A stretch of 35,332 nucleotides of DNA from an uncultured Candidatus Sumerlaeota bacterium (GTDB lineage: Bacteria; CAYMEV01): NCBI GenBank assembly GCA_964389675.1, contig CAYMEV010000008.1, forward strand, positions 107,084 through 142,415, written 5' to 3'. Shown piece after piece: positions 1-10,156 of the stretch (position 1 is the first letter of the stretch; each line of letters starts with the position of its first letter). The position numbers were made by a program, and so were the translations under genes. The notes under the pieces were generated by a model. That model was not told the DNA's origin. It did not search any database and saw only the letters and a program-made list of their open reading frames with translations.

Positions 1-1
1 G

Positions 2-184
2 GTAGCAGGAAAAGCAAAGATATCCACTGACAGTAAACTGAGGCTCCTCTACTGGAGCGAAGGCCTGAAAAACTACTTCAAAGGCCCCGATGACCCGAAC
101 TACTGCCTGTGCATCATAACCCCCTATCTCATAGAGCTCAACACCATGGAATCCCCCAAACCCCTCGTATGGAAAGCCGAATGA
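2..184 (+). CDS. C-terminal fragment of a pyridoxamine 5'-phosphate oxidase-like / general stress protein 26 family protein (5'-truncated by the window)
   Basis: Manual translation of frame 2: VAGKAKISTDSKLRLLYWSEGLKNYFKGPDDPNYCLCIITPYLIELNTMESPKPLVWKAE*. The W...YFxGPDDPNY motif is typical of this FMN-binding split-barrel family. Not in the ORF track. Confidence 0.65.
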   Translation, partial: VAGKAKISTDSKLRLLYWSEGLKNYFKGPDDPNYCLCIITPYLIELNTMESPKPLVWKAE

Positions 185-242
185 TGCTGAAAGACTGGCA
201 GTCCCAGGCAACAGGAATCCTCGAGAGCCACAGGCCGAAGAA

Positions 243-1646
243 ATGAACAAGGCATTCGACACCATATACAATCTTGCTGTTGAAAGGGTGCCCGCCTACC
301 GTGATTTCCTGCAAAAGACATTAGGTCATATCCCGGCAATACCTGAGGAATACCACCTGATACCCCTTACCGATAAAAAAAACTATATCAGGCAGTATAC
401 ATTAGACCAGCTCTGCCTGGACGGGACACTCCACGACAAGCATATAATATGCCGGAGCTCCGGGACCACCCAGAAGCCCACATACTGGCCCCAGCTCCCA
501 TCCCAGGAGCAGTATGTGGATTATTACCTATACAGCGACCTCTCTGAATCCTTTGACATAGAGCATAACCCTGTCCTTGCCATAGTAGGCCTCGGCCTCG
601 GCTCATGGATATCAGGCGAACTGACCACATGGGGGCTTCGCAACCTCGGCATAAAGAAAAAAAACCTGACACTATTCACCCCAGGCATAAATGAACAGGA
701 GATACTGGAAGCCCTTTCCCAGTTTTCGCCCCATTACAAATACACCGTGATCTACAGCTATCCCCCTTATGCAAAGCGGATAATAGACCTGGCAGTCCAG
801 GCAGGTATACCCATTAAGGACTTCAATATAAATTTCCGCCTTGTCGGCGAGGGCTACTCTGAAAATTTCCGCGACTACTTAAACAAATACATGGGCTACA
901 ACCCTGACAATATCCACACCATACTCTCAGGATACGGCTCTGCCGATTTCGGCAGCCTCGGCAAGGAAACACCCCTGTGCGCCACAATAAAGAGGATACT
1001 GCATAAGAACCCCAGAATAACTGAAAAACTCTTCGGTACAACAGTGATACCCACCATCTGCCAGTATGACCCGAACAGCCATTACCTGGAAGAGATAGAT
1101 GAAGAACTGATAGTCACAAAGAACCAGGCCATACCCCTGGTCCGCTACAGGACCTCAGACAGGGGCGAACTGATGGAATTCAATGACCTGATATCTATCA
1201 TCCAGAGATACGGCATAGACCCCATAGAGCATTCAAAGAAACTCAATGTAAGCCCCCAGAATATCCAGAACCTGCCATTCGTCATAGTCTACGGCAGGAT
1301 AGACGGAGGCATTACAGTATTCGGCGCCAATGTCCTCGTTTATCAGATAAAGGAAGCCCTTGAGAAATCCACCTTCCTCACAGAATATTTCACAGGCAAC
1401 TTCTTCATGAAAAAAACCGAAGATCAGGACTTAAACCCCATCTTCGAGATATACCTCGAACTCCGCAACGACGAGATCATACCCGATTCCAGCATCACCT
1501 CCCAGGAGATATCCATAAACCTCCAGGCAATATCAGCAGAATACAGGGCCATATCAGAATCCATACCAGACAAGGCAATGCCTGTCGTCAAATTCCTCAC
1601 CAACGGCTCATTCCTGGATACCCACAAGATAAGGTACACGAAATAG
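243..1646 (+). CDS. Phenylacetate-CoA ligase (PaaK)-like adenylate-forming enzyme
   Basis: ANL-type motifs SSGTTxKPTYWP, YGSADFG..GKETP, PLVRYRTSDRG and YGRID; 467 aa. The stop codon overlaps the cas6 GTG start. Confidence 0.8.
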   Translation: MNKAFDTIYNLAVERVPAYRDFLQKTLGHIPAIPEEYHLIPLTDKKNYIRQYTLDQLCLDGTLHDKHIICRSSGTTQKPTYWPQLPSQEQYVDYYLYSDLSESFDIEHNPVLAIVGLGLGSWISGELTTWGLRNLGIKKKNLTLFTPGINEQEILEALSQFSPHYKYTVIYSYPPYAKRIIDLAVQAGIPIKDFNINFRLVGEGYSENFRDYLNKYMGYNPDNIHTILSGYGSADFGSLGKETPLCATIKRILHKNPRITEKLFGTTVIPTICQYDPNSHYLEEIDEELIVTKNQAIPLVRYRTSDRGELMEFNDLISIIQRYGIDPIEHSKKLNVSPQNIQNLPFVIVYGRIDGGITVFGANVLVYQIKEALEKSTFLTEYFTGNFFMKKTEDQDLNPIFEIYLELRNDEIIPDSSITSQEISINLQAISAEYRAISESIPDKAMPVVKFLTNGSFLDTHKIRYTK

Positions 1647-2599
1647 TGCTGCCCTTCATCCACCTGCAGGTAAACATAAAGGCAATTGACAGAATAAATC
1701 TCCCCCTTAATCCCGGCTCTGCCATACGGGGATTTTTCGGCTTCATGTTCAAAAGGATAGTATGCTCGGATTATCAGAAGGAATGCAGCAAGTGCCTCCT
1801 TAATCAGAACTGCGCATACTCCTATATATTTGAAACCCCTGTTCCGGATAATAGCGAGGTTATGAGAAAATATGAACATATACCCAAACCATTTGTCCTC
1901 TTTCCTCCATTGACCAAAGGCGGAATCATCCAGCAGAATTCTGAGACATTCTTAAAGCTGACCATAATAGGCAAAGCAATTAGCTATCTTCCCTATTTTG
2001 TATATACACTGATAAATCTCGGGGATCACGGTATTGGCAGAAAAAGAGCAAAATTTGAGATCAAGGACATAGCCCACCTCAATTCAACCGAAAAAGATTC
2101 CATAATATACAGAAAAGGAGATGAAAAGGTCTTCTTCGACCCGTCCAAAATTGACTATACCCTGCTTGAAAGATACATAGACAAGCTCTCAGAAAAAACT
2201 GAACTTGTTTTTTATTTTCTAAGCCCTCTCAGGATAACTTATGATGGAAAGAATCTCCAGCCGGAATCCCTCGAATTTCACAATATTATAAGGGTTCTTC
2301 TCCGCAGGGTATTCCTTCTTTCAAAATTCCATACATCTTCACCCCTGGATATAGATTTCAAAGACCTGATTGAAAAAAGCCAGGATATCAAAAAATTGCA
2401 TTCCGACCTCTTCTGGTATAATCTCCGGAGACACTCCTCGAGACAGCACAGGTTCATCAATATGGGAGGCATAATGGGAAATGCCGTTTTCCAGGGTGAT
2501 TTCAAACCATTTCTTCCCTTTCTGGTTTTAGGAACCTATATAAATATGGGCAAGAATACAACCTTCGGCCTTGGAAAATTTGATGTAGATTCCTATTGA
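1646..2599 (+). CDS. cas6: CRISPR pre-crRNA processing endoribonuclease Cas6
   Basis: C-terminal Gly-rich loop MGKNTTFGLG; GSAIRGFFG; CxxxxxxCxxCLLxxxCxY motif; PKPFV; located upstream of the cmr genes. Confidence 0.92.
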   Translation: MLPFIHLQVNIKAIDRINLPLNPGSAIRGFFGFMFKRIVCSDYQKECSKCLLNQNCAYSYIFETPVPDNSEVMRKYEHIPKPFVLFPPLTKGGIIQQNSETFLKLTIIGKAISYLPYFVYTLINLGDHGIGRKRAKFEIKDIAHLNSTEKDSIIYRKGDEKVFFDPSKIDYTLLERYIDKLSEKTELVFYFLSPLRITYDGKNLQPESLEFHNIIRVLLRRVFLLSKFHTSSPLDIDFKDLIEKSQDIKKLHSDLFWYNLRRHSSRQHRFINMGGIMGNAVFQGDFKPFLPFLVLGTYINMGKNTTFGLGKFDVDSY

Positions 2600-2623
2600 C
2601 AAAATAAAAAAAAAGCCTATAAT
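2596..2623 (+). promoter_or_regulatory. Sigma70-type promoter (TTGACA-N16-TATAAT) overlapping the cas6 stop
   Basis: Perfect -35 hexamer at 2596-2601 and -10 hexamer at 2618-2623, with 16-nt spacing. Confidence 0.55.
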
Positions 2624-2692
2624 TAAAAATACCATCCAAAAAAACATGCAAGCCCATCCTCTGGGGCTGATTTTACCGGGTCTCCTCTACTC

Positions 2693-2726
2693 CCTCAAAA
2701 GCTGATATTATTTTCAGCTTTTGAGG
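2693..2726. terminator. 13-bp perfect inverted repeat (terminator, attenuator or operator) between cas6 and cmr1
   Basis: CCTCAAAAGCTGA-(8 nt)-TCAGCTTTTGAGG. There is no clear U-tract on the + strand, so its function is uncertain. Confidence 0.4.
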
Positions 2727-2747
2727 CTGACCCGGGAGAAAAAGTAT

Positions 2748-2776
2748 TTGAATTTTATTTAAAAAAATATTATAAT
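2748..2776 (+). promoter_or_regulatory. Sigma70-type promoter for the cmr operon (TTGAAT-N17-TATAAT)
   Basis: Hexamers at 2748-2753 and 2771-2776, about 80 nt upstream of cmr1. Confidence 0.5.
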
Positions 2777-2855
2777 GAGTAAATAATCCTAATAATTTTA
2801 TAGGGGTTATGTTTCATTAGCGAAACTACTAATAAATTTAGTATTGGAGAAATAT

Positions 2856-3857
2856 ATGCAAAAATTAGATTTTAATTGTGAAATTGTAACACCAATGTTT
2901 GCAGGTGATGCAGAACCTACAGATGCAGCCATAAGGGCACAAACAATAAAAGGTCTTATGAGATTCTGGTGGAGGGCATATAATGCTACAAAATATAAAA
3001 CCATAATCGAATTAAGACAAAAAGAAGGTGAGATATTCGGTACTACTGAAGGGAATGGAAGAAAAAGCAGCTTTAAAATAATTGTGGATGCTGGTAACAT
3101 TAGGTCTACAAAGGAAAGCTTAATACAGGAAAAAGATTTAATGGTAAAGGTCGAAGGAAAAAATTTTAGTATTAACATACTTGAATATCTAGCATTTGGG
3201 CCCTGTCAATTTGGTAAAATTATAAGAAATTATTTTAGCCCTGAGAATATATTTAAAATGAAAATTGCCATAATGGATAATAAAAAAGAAGATGATATAA
3301 TTGATTCTCTCAAATTATTAGTATATTTTGGAGGAATTGGATCCAAATCAAGAAATGGCTATGGCAAGTTCAGGATAGGATTAACAGATAACTCTGACTA
3401 TAAAAAGTTACTGCAATTTAATGACATAATATCAAAAGCAAAAAACCTTTGCAAGGGATCAGGTAGTGTTGCAGAATTTCTATCATTTAATAAGGAATCT
3501 CATTTATATGAATTGAAAAATAGATATGACTCATGGTATAGATGCCTTGGGGAACTTGGGAAAATATACAGGCAAAGCAGGCTATCACTGGAAAAAAGAC
3601 ATGTCTATGAAAAAAGACAATATATAGGAGCACCTATAATAACCAAAGAAAAGCCAAAGCTCATCCTTGGTGAAAAAGAAAGAAAAGGTAAACCTTTTTT
3701 CTTAAATGTAATTAAAGTAGATAATTCATATCTCGGATATATTCTATACCTTCATTCTGAAAAGTACCATGAATCAAAAGGCAATAAAACAGACTATCTA
3801 AAAGTATTAAGAGAGGTCAACGAATACCTCTCTAAGGATATGAAAGCAATATTTTAG
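2856..3857 (+). CDS. cmr1: Type III-B RAMP protein Cmr1
   Basis: IVTPMFAG, IKGLMRFWWRA, EGEIFG and GGIGSKSRNGYG RAMP motifs. The ATG at 2856 follows a GGAG RBS and is preferred over the TTG at 2844 in the track. Confidence 0.92.
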   Translation: MQKLDFNCEIVTPMFAGDAEPTDAAIRAQTIKGLMRFWWRAYNATKYKTIIELRQKEGEIFGTTEGNGRKSSFKIIVDAGNIRSTKESLIQEKDLMVKVEGKNFSINILEYLAFGPCQFGKIIRNYFSPENIFKMKIAIMDNKKEDDIIDSLKLLVYFGGIGSKSRNGYGKFRIGLTDNSDYKKLLQFNDIISKAKNLCKGSGSVAEFLSFNKESHLYELKNRYDSWYRCLGELGKIYRQSRLSLEKRHVYEKRQYIGAPIITKEKPKLILGEKERKGKPFFLNVIKVDNSYLGYILYLHSEKYHESKGNKTDYLKVLREVNEYLSKDMKAIF

Positions 3858-3873
3858 ACTAAGGAGTATAAAT

Positions 3874-6624
3874 ATGAACAATAATGATTATATAGCACAG
3901 CTTCAAGCTTTTTTTCATGATCCCATAGATAAGCCTATAAACATTCACAATCATGAAAAACGTGCTGAAGAACAGATCTCTCAACTAGGACTTCAATATA
4001 ATAAACCTTCAGCATCAGATCATATTGCATCTGCTGCAGACAGGATACATTCATATAATGATAACCAGGGAAATACTATCCAGGTTAACTTTGACTCAGA
4101 AGGAGAGATTACGCATCCCCTCGGAAGCGGAGTTTTAAAGCTCACCGACCAGGGAGACCTTATGATCAACACTAAAAATGTAGCAGATAATATTACAAAA
4201 TATCTCCATGATCTTAAAGACAGATACAATGATAGCTATAAAGATATTATTATAAGACTTTGGAGAGAATTTCCTGAGAAAATAAAAACTGATGAGCTGC
4301 CTAACTATAGGCTTGGTAATCTGTGGGATTACCTTCCAGCTGACACAAGAATACCCGATCATTCTATCCTTTCTCACAACTGGCTCGTATCAGCAGTAGC
4401 TTCCTGCGGGGACAATATAATTTTTTCGAAATTTTCTATCGGTCCTGTTCAAAGCTTCATCTCAACTGCAAAAAGAACTGAAGATTTTTGGATGGGCAGC
4501 TACATGCTATCCTATCTGATTTCCCAAACAATAATATATATAATTGATAATTTAGGTCCACAACATATTATATTTCCTTATGTAAAAGGTCAGCCATTCA
4601 TAGATTATCATTTATGTGATAAATACCAAATAGAACTATATAACCAGAGTTCCCCTGATCACCATAAAAATTATAAATATAAGATCTACAATTCATCCCT
4701 TTCAAATGTCGTATTTTTTATATGCCCCGAGAAGGAATATAAACAAATAATTGAGAAAATTCAAAAATACATCATGGAAGAATGGGATAAATTATGCAGA
4801 GAAGCCCAAAAAAAATTCAGTTTCAATGATTATGCAAAGAAAATATTTAATGAACAAATAGGAAGCTTTTTAGAATTCAATTCTGCAGGAATAAAAATAG
4901 AATCATGTAATATTAACAACTTCTTAGATACCTATCAGAAAGCTGTTGGCAAAATTATGAAGCCAAAAAGCAATTACAAACCTAATATAGGAACATACTG
5001 GGACAATATATATGAATACCTTGATAAAGTATTTTCCTCCTCAAAATTAACAAAAAAATTTAACTATATCGAGGAAGAGGGCAGAAAATGCACATTATGC
5101 GGAGAGCATTCTGCAATTGCACCAGATGAAGAGACAAGCAACTCTACATCAAAACTTAAAGAATACTGGAAAGATCATACTAAAAACCTTGATTCATTCC
5201 GCATCGATAAGGATGGAAATGACAGATTGTGCGGAATATGCCTTACAAAAAGAATGGCTCTGGAATCATTTTTCAAGAACAAATACAAGGACTTGAACAC
5301 AGATATTAGTTTTCCTTCCCTTATGTCAATAGCATCATGGCCATTCAAACTTAAAGTAATAGAAAACTGGGAAACATATATAAAGAGCACCAATTATGCA
5401 AGCAGTAACAATAAAAAGCTAAAAGACATAGTAGAAGAATATAATCATTTAATAGACGAGAATGCTGAAAAAGTGCATCTACCCTATAATATAATTAAAA
5501 AGCTGAAAGATAAAACAAAAATCTTAGAGGGAAACACTGACACTAGAATGGAAAATTTTATGAGATATGATGGACAATGGATCTACATAGATGCAATAAA
5601 AAACAATAAGGATATTGATAAGAAAACAGCAGGAAAAATCATATCTTATCTTAAGACAATCTACTCCACAATAGGTGATAGACCCAACAAATACTATGCT
5701 ATAGTATCCATGGATGGAGATGAGATGGGAAAATGGCTATCAGCGACACATCCAAAATGGCCAAAATATAAAGATGTAGTACACTCTAAAATGAATCTCA
5801 ATCTCGCTGATAAAAAGCAGCTTGATGAGAAGATTAACCTATCTCCATCCTTGCATGCATTCATCAGTCATACTCTTAACAATTTTTCACTAAATACTGT
5901 AACCAGAATCGTAGAATCTGATTACCCGGGAAAGCTCGTCTATGCTGGTGGAGATGATGTACTTGCAATTTTACCCTTTGATTATGCGCTTGAATGCGCT
6001 GAAAAAATCAGATATTTCTTTTCAGGAAATGTAAACAAGAAGATGGAGATCGACTTAGACCAGAAAAGCGGATACTACAAAATTGGCAAGGATATTATGG
6101 CTACTATGGGAGATAGAGCAACAATGAGTGCAGGGATAGTCTATGCCCATTATAAATATAGCCTGCAATCAGCAATAAAAAAATCCAAATACTGCGAGAA
6201 GTCTGCTAAGACATTATGTGGTAGAGATGCATACTATATTTCGATCCTAAAGCATTCAGGAAGCGAAATACAGCTAGGTCTTAAATGGAAAATAAATAAT
6301 TCAAGATCTATAGATCTAATTAATAATATAGTAAAAAGTGCTGAAAACGGCAAACTTGCAATGAATTTTTTCTCCTCTGCTCACACTTTACTTAATAAAT
6401 TAGATAATTCTCAGATAGATATATTTAAATCTCTGCTGCATAGGGATATTAGAGACCACATAGTAAAGAAAAAAGACAAAGATGAGATATATAATACCAT
6501 TGAAAAATCATTTAAACCTATACTAGATAATCCACCAGAAAATTCAGATAGATCAAAAAAGGCTTTTCTGCTTAGCCTGCTCTTATGCATGCGCTTTCTA
6601 GCTTCTAAAGGAGGAAAAGAATAA
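3874..6624 (+). CDS. cas10: Cas10/Cmr2 large subunit with intact cyclase Palm motif
   Basis: N-terminal FHDP and DHIASAADR; PADTRIPDHS; IGPVQSFI; Zn finger CTLC...CGIC; DGDEMG and YAGGDDV. Confidence 0.96.
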   Translation: MNNNDYIAQLQAFFHDPIDKPINIHNHEKRAEEQISQLGLQYNKPSASDHIASAADRIHSYNDNQGNTIQVNFDSEGEITHPLGSGVLKLTDQGDLMINTKNVADNITKYLHDLKDRYNDSYKDIIIRLWREFPEKIKTDELPNYRLGNLWDYLPADTRIPDHSILSHNWLVSAVASCGDNIIFSKFSIGPVQSFISTAKRTEDFWMGSYMLSYLISQTIIYIIDNLGPQHIIFPYVKGQPFIDYHLCDKYQIELYNQSSPDHHKNYKYKIYNSSLSNVVFFICPEKEYKQIIEKIQKYIMEEWDKLCREAQKKFSFNDYAKKIFNEQIGSFLEFNSAGIKIESCNINNFLDTYQKAVGKIMKPKSNYKPNIGTYWDNIYEYLDKVFSSSKLTKKFNYIEEEGRKCTLCGEHSAIAPDEETSNSTSKLKEYWKDHTKNLDSFRIDKDGNDRLCGICLTKRMALESFFKNKYKDLNTDISFPSLMSIASWPFKLKVIENWETYIKSTNYASSNNKKLKDIVEEYNHLIDENAEKVHLPYNIIKKLKDKTKILEGNTDTRMENFMRYDGQWIYIDAIKNNKDIDKKTAGKIISYLKTIYSTIGDRPNKYYAIVSMDGDEMGKWLSATHPKWPKYKDVVHSKMNLNLADKKQLDEKINLSPSLHAFISHTLNNFSLNTVTRIVESDYPGKLVYAGGDDVLAILPFDYALECAEKIRYFFSGNVNKKMEIDLDQKSGYYKIGKDIMATMGDRATMSAGIVYAHYKYSLQSAIKKSKYCEKSAKTLCGRDAYYISILKHSGSEIQLGLKWKINNSRSIDLINNIVKSAENGKLAMNFFSSAHTLLNKLDNSQIDIFKSLLHRDIRDHIVKKKDKDEIYNTIEKSFKPILDNPPENSDRSKKAFLLSLLLCMRFLASKGGKE

Positions 6625-7742
6625 TGGATAAGAACTTTGGACTAAAAATTATACCTTATGATGTCTGCTATTTCCGCGGATCAAAACCATTCAGCAGGGG
6701 CTCAGAGCATTTTGCAGAGTCAGCTTTTCCCCCGAATCCATCAACACTGTATAATGCACTTAGAACTACAATTATAAACGAGAATAACATAAATATTAGA
6801 GATTTTTATAATAGTAATATTCCTGATAATATAAAAGAAGAAATCGGTACTGCAAATACAAATGGAGACCTGAGCATTAAAGGCATATTTCTATTTAAAG
6901 GCGAGACATATTCAATAATGCCATTTGATATTGTAAATAATTTAGATCAAGATTACAGGATTTTAAGATTGCATAAAGATGAAAATGTTATAATTTCTGA
7001 TAAATTACCTTATTTCCCATTTATTGCCGATACTTCATATAAATATTCTGGACAATATTTTTCCATTGAAAATCTTAAAAGCTATCTCTACTGTGAAAAC
7101 AGCTTTACACAGTCAGAAATCAAGGCTGAATCTGATTTTATCCTCAGGGATAAGCGCGTCGGTATAGGTATCGATAAAAATGCATCAATTGCTGGAGAAG
7201 GTCTGCTTTTTATAGCGCATGCAATAGAATTTAGCCCAGGATCATGCCTGTATGCAATTATAGAAAAATCAAGCTTATTGAAAAATGAAGGACTCATGAG
7301 GCTAGGCGGAGGATCAAGGCCATTTATTTATAAAAAAGAATCCGATATAACTAGCTTTGAGGACATAGATACCGATAAAATAAAAAGAATTATCTCCAAA
7401 ACAAAACGCTTTAAGGTAATCTTCCTTTCTCCATCTATCTCTAAAGAAGGATGGAAAAACACAGAAATTACAGACTGGACAACAAAAAATAATATAGAGA
7501 TGATTTCTGCACTAATTCAAAGACCAAAAAAGATAGGCGGATACAATATGGCTGAAAACAAGCCAAAACCAATGTACAACATGCTTCAGGCAGGTTCAGT
7601 CTATTATTTTGATATTAAAAACGAAATCTCAGATAATTTACTCGATTCAATCTTTGACTATTTTCATCTAAATAATCATACCGATATAAATAAAAACCAA
7701 GGTTTTGGTTTAACCGTTATAGGAGGATATAATGAAAAATAA
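6624..7742 (+). CDS. cmr3: Type III-B protein Cmr3 (Cas5 group)
   Basis: PYDVCYFRGSKPF, FPPNPSTLYNALRT, RLGGGSR, AGSVYYF and C-terminal GFG. Confidence 0.92.
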   Translation: MDKNFGLKIIPYDVCYFRGSKPFSRGSEHFAESAFPPNPSTLYNALRTTIINENNINIRDFYNSNIPDNIKEEIGTANTNGDLSIKGIFLFKGETYSIMPFDIVNNLDQDYRILRLHKDENVIISDKLPYFPFIADTSYKYSGQYFSIENLKSYLYCENSFTQSEIKAESDFILRDKRVGIGIDKNASIAGEGLLFIAHAIEFSPGSCLYAIIEKSSLLKNEGLMRLGGGSRPFIYKKESDITSFEDIDTDKIKRIISKTKRFKVIFLSPSISKEGWKNTEITDWTTKNNIEMISALIQRPKKIGGYNMAENKPKPMYNMLQAGSVYYFDIKNEISDNLLDSIFDYFHLNNHTDINKNQGFGLTVIGGYNEK

Positions 7743-8589
7743 AAAAAATGACTTATTGTTCTTTTATGCTCAGACCCCTGTACATTGTGGTAGTGGTTCA
7801 TCTCTCGAGGTCATAGATCTACCGATCCAGAGAGAGAAACATACAAATTATCCTATCTTCCAGGCTTCATCTATAAAAGGTACAATGCGCAGGTTCTATG
7901 ATGATGATAAAACAATCGAGCCAATTTTTGGGCCTGAATCAAATGCGGAATATGCATCATGCATTACTTTCACGGACGCCAGAATATTGCTATTTCCAGT
8001 GAAATCATTTAAGGATGTATTTGTTTGGATTACATGCCCCCACGTACTTAGGAGGCTTATAAATGACATGAAAAGTATTGGCCTTAGCTACAATACTGAG
8101 TTACCATCATCACTTGCTGATGATGAGGCTATAATAACAGGTGAAATAAAAAGAATATGCCACAATAACAAATTAATCCTGGATGAGTATGTGTTTAATC
8201 CAAAAAGCAGCCAACCTGTCGCAGAGATATTAGATTCTATTAGCCTTCCACACAAAGATGATGTGATGGATAAAACTGCAATCATATCGGATGATATGTT
8301 TAAGTACTTCGTAACAGCTGCAACAGATGTAGTAGCACGAACCTCAATAGACAAAGATACTGGAGTAGTAAAAGATGGACAGCTCTGGTATGAGGAATAT
8401 CTACCATCTGATTCTATACTCTACTCAATAGTCTTTGCTGAAAACTCAAGGAACGATAACAGTAGTAATCTTGATGGCGATACAGTACTGGTAAAAATCA
8501 AACAAAGCATTACAAAAATCATCCAAATAGGGGGAAATGAAACTATAGGCAAAGGCATAGTGCACCTATTCTGGAATAAGGAGGAATAA
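7732..8589 (+). CDS. cmr4: Type III-B RAMP backbone Cmr4
   Basis: TPVHCGSG, IDLPIQRE (conserved catalytic Asp position), SSIKG, DARILLFPV, LWYEEYLP and QIGGNETIGKG. Confidence 0.96.
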   Translation: MKNKKNDLLFFYAQTPVHCGSGSSLEVIDLPIQREKHTNYPIFQASSIKGTMRRFYDDDKTIEPIFGPESNAEYASCITFTDARILLFPVKSFKDVFVWITCPHVLRRLINDMKSIGLSYNTELPSSLADDEAIITGEIKRICHNNKLILDEYVFNPKSSQPVAEILDSISLPHKDDVMDKTAIISDDMFKYFVTAATDVVARTSIDKDTGVVKDGQLWYEEYLPSDSILYSIVFAENSRNDNSSNLDGDTVLVKIKQSITKIIQIGGNETIGKGIVHLFWNKEE

Positions 8590-8593
8590 CCCA

Positions 8594-8965
8594 ATGAATA
8601 AAACATTAGGACAGGAAAGAGCAAATTACGCTTTTAATTGCGTAAAAGATGCTAAAAAGGATTTCAACAGTGAAAAAAAATCAAAAGAATATAAAGTACT
8701 TGTAAAGGGTTTCCCCTCAATGATTGTCAACAATGGCCTCGGTCAGGCTTTGGCTTTCCTAAAAGCTAAAGGCAAAGATCATCATAGTGCTCTCTATAAA
8801 AATATTGATGATTGGTTTAAAAATCCAGCATCACCGATAACTATCAATAATACGGACATACTAAAGCATATCATTAATAGCACATCGTTAGACTACCGAT
8901 ATATTACTGAAGAGGCTCTGCTGTTAATAAACTGGTTTAAAAAATTTGTGGATGCAGAGATCTAA
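8594..8965 (+). CDS. cmr5: Type III-B small subunit Cmr5
   Basis: KTLGQERA..A, PSMIVNNGLGQALAFL and YRYITEEAL...WFKKF. Confidence 0.94.
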   Translation: MNKTLGQERANYAFNCVKDAKKDFNSEKKSKEYKVLVKGFPSMIVNNGLGQALAFLKAKGKDHHSALYKNIDDWFKNPASPITINNTDILKHIINSTSLDYRYITEEALLLINWFKKFVDAEI

Positions 8966-8989
8966 TAAAAAAACTAAGGAGCATGTAAT

Positions 8990-10156
8990 ATGCCAATACC
9001 AATAAATTCTAGCTTAAAGAATGCTATTGAAAATGTAAATAGATTTAAGGAATCATCGAATTTAAATCTTCTCTTTAACAAATACATTTATAACTGGGAT
9101 GAAAATCAAGGTTATCAGAGCAAAAACAAGCATATTTTTCTAAAAACTATTTCTGAAACTTTTAATAGCAAAAATGTTTCTATGAATAAGAGTTATGAGT
9201 TTTTTATTAAAAAATGGAAAGATACTATAAATAAAATGCATAACTCTGTTGCTTTAACTGCTAATAACTTGACAAGACTCACTGTAGGGCTGGGAAATGA
9301 AACAATCCTGGAGAATTCTATCACACTGAATAATACTTGGGGATTTCCTTATATTCCGGGTAGCGCTTTAAAAGGTGCAGTAAGAGCATACTATATAAAT
9401 AAAATATCAGAAGATATCACAGAACTAGCACCTAATGATATTGATGATCTTATCTCACTATCAGATAAGGATTTCGCAAATAAGAATGCCGAAATAAAGA
9501 CAAATAAAAGCATCCTGTCTGCACGCAGGATATTTGGAACAAAGGATAAGGAAGGTGCAATAATCTTCTTTGATGCGTACCCGACAAAGTTTCCACTTCT
9601 AAAAGTAGATATAATGAATCCTCACTTTCTAAGTTATTACAGCAATAAAGAAAATAATAATCCCCCACCTGGCGACTGGGAAAACCCCGTTCTAATTTAT
9701 TTTATTACTGTTAAAGAAAATCAGCAGTTTCTTTTTGCATATTCGACAAGACATAATTATAATTTAGATGAAGTTGACCTTGGCCAATTAAAAGAATATA
9801 TCAAAGCAACACTTATAGAACATGGTATAGGAGCTAAGACATCAGTAGGCTATGGTTTCTTTTCAAAAATAGCCTATATCGAAAAAGAAGCTCCAAAAGA
9901 TCCGCCTAAACCACAGAAAAAACTCTCAGAAATTGAACAATTAGCATTTGATATTGAGAATAAATACAATGATAGCGATATCGGTAATTTCTTTATTAAA
10001 CTTGATCAATATTCAGGGGATGACCTGAAGACAATAGCACAAGCACTCAAAAAGCATTTCATTAAAAATAAGAAGTGGGCAGGATCAAAGCTAAGCAGAA
10101 AGCAAAAAGAAAAAATAGCTAAAATTAATACTATATTAGGAGAAGATAATAACTAG
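8990..10156 (+). CDS. cmr6: Type III-B RAMP protein Cmr6
   Basis: RLTVGLG, GFPYIPGSALKG, FFDAYP, DIMNPH, PGDWENP and GIGAKTSVGYG. Confidence 0.95.
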   Translation: MPIPINSSLKNAIENVNRFKESSNLNLLFNKYIYNWDENQGYQSKNKHIFLKTISETFNSKNVSMNKSYEFFIKKWKDTINKMHNSVALTANNLTRLTVGLGNETILENSITLNNTWGFPYIPGSALKGAVRAYYINKISEDITELAPNDIDDLISLSDKDFANKNAEIKTNKSILSARRIFGTKDKEGAIIFFDAYPTKFPLLKVDIMNPHFLSYYSNKENNNPPPGDWENPVLIYFITVKENQQFLFAYSTRHNYNLDEVDLGQLKEYIKATLIEHGIGAKTSVGYGFFSKIAYIEKEAPKDPPKPQKKLSEIEQLAFDIENKYNDSDIGNFFIKLDQYSGDDLKTIAQALKKHFIKNKKWAGSKLSRKQKEKIAKINTILGEDNN

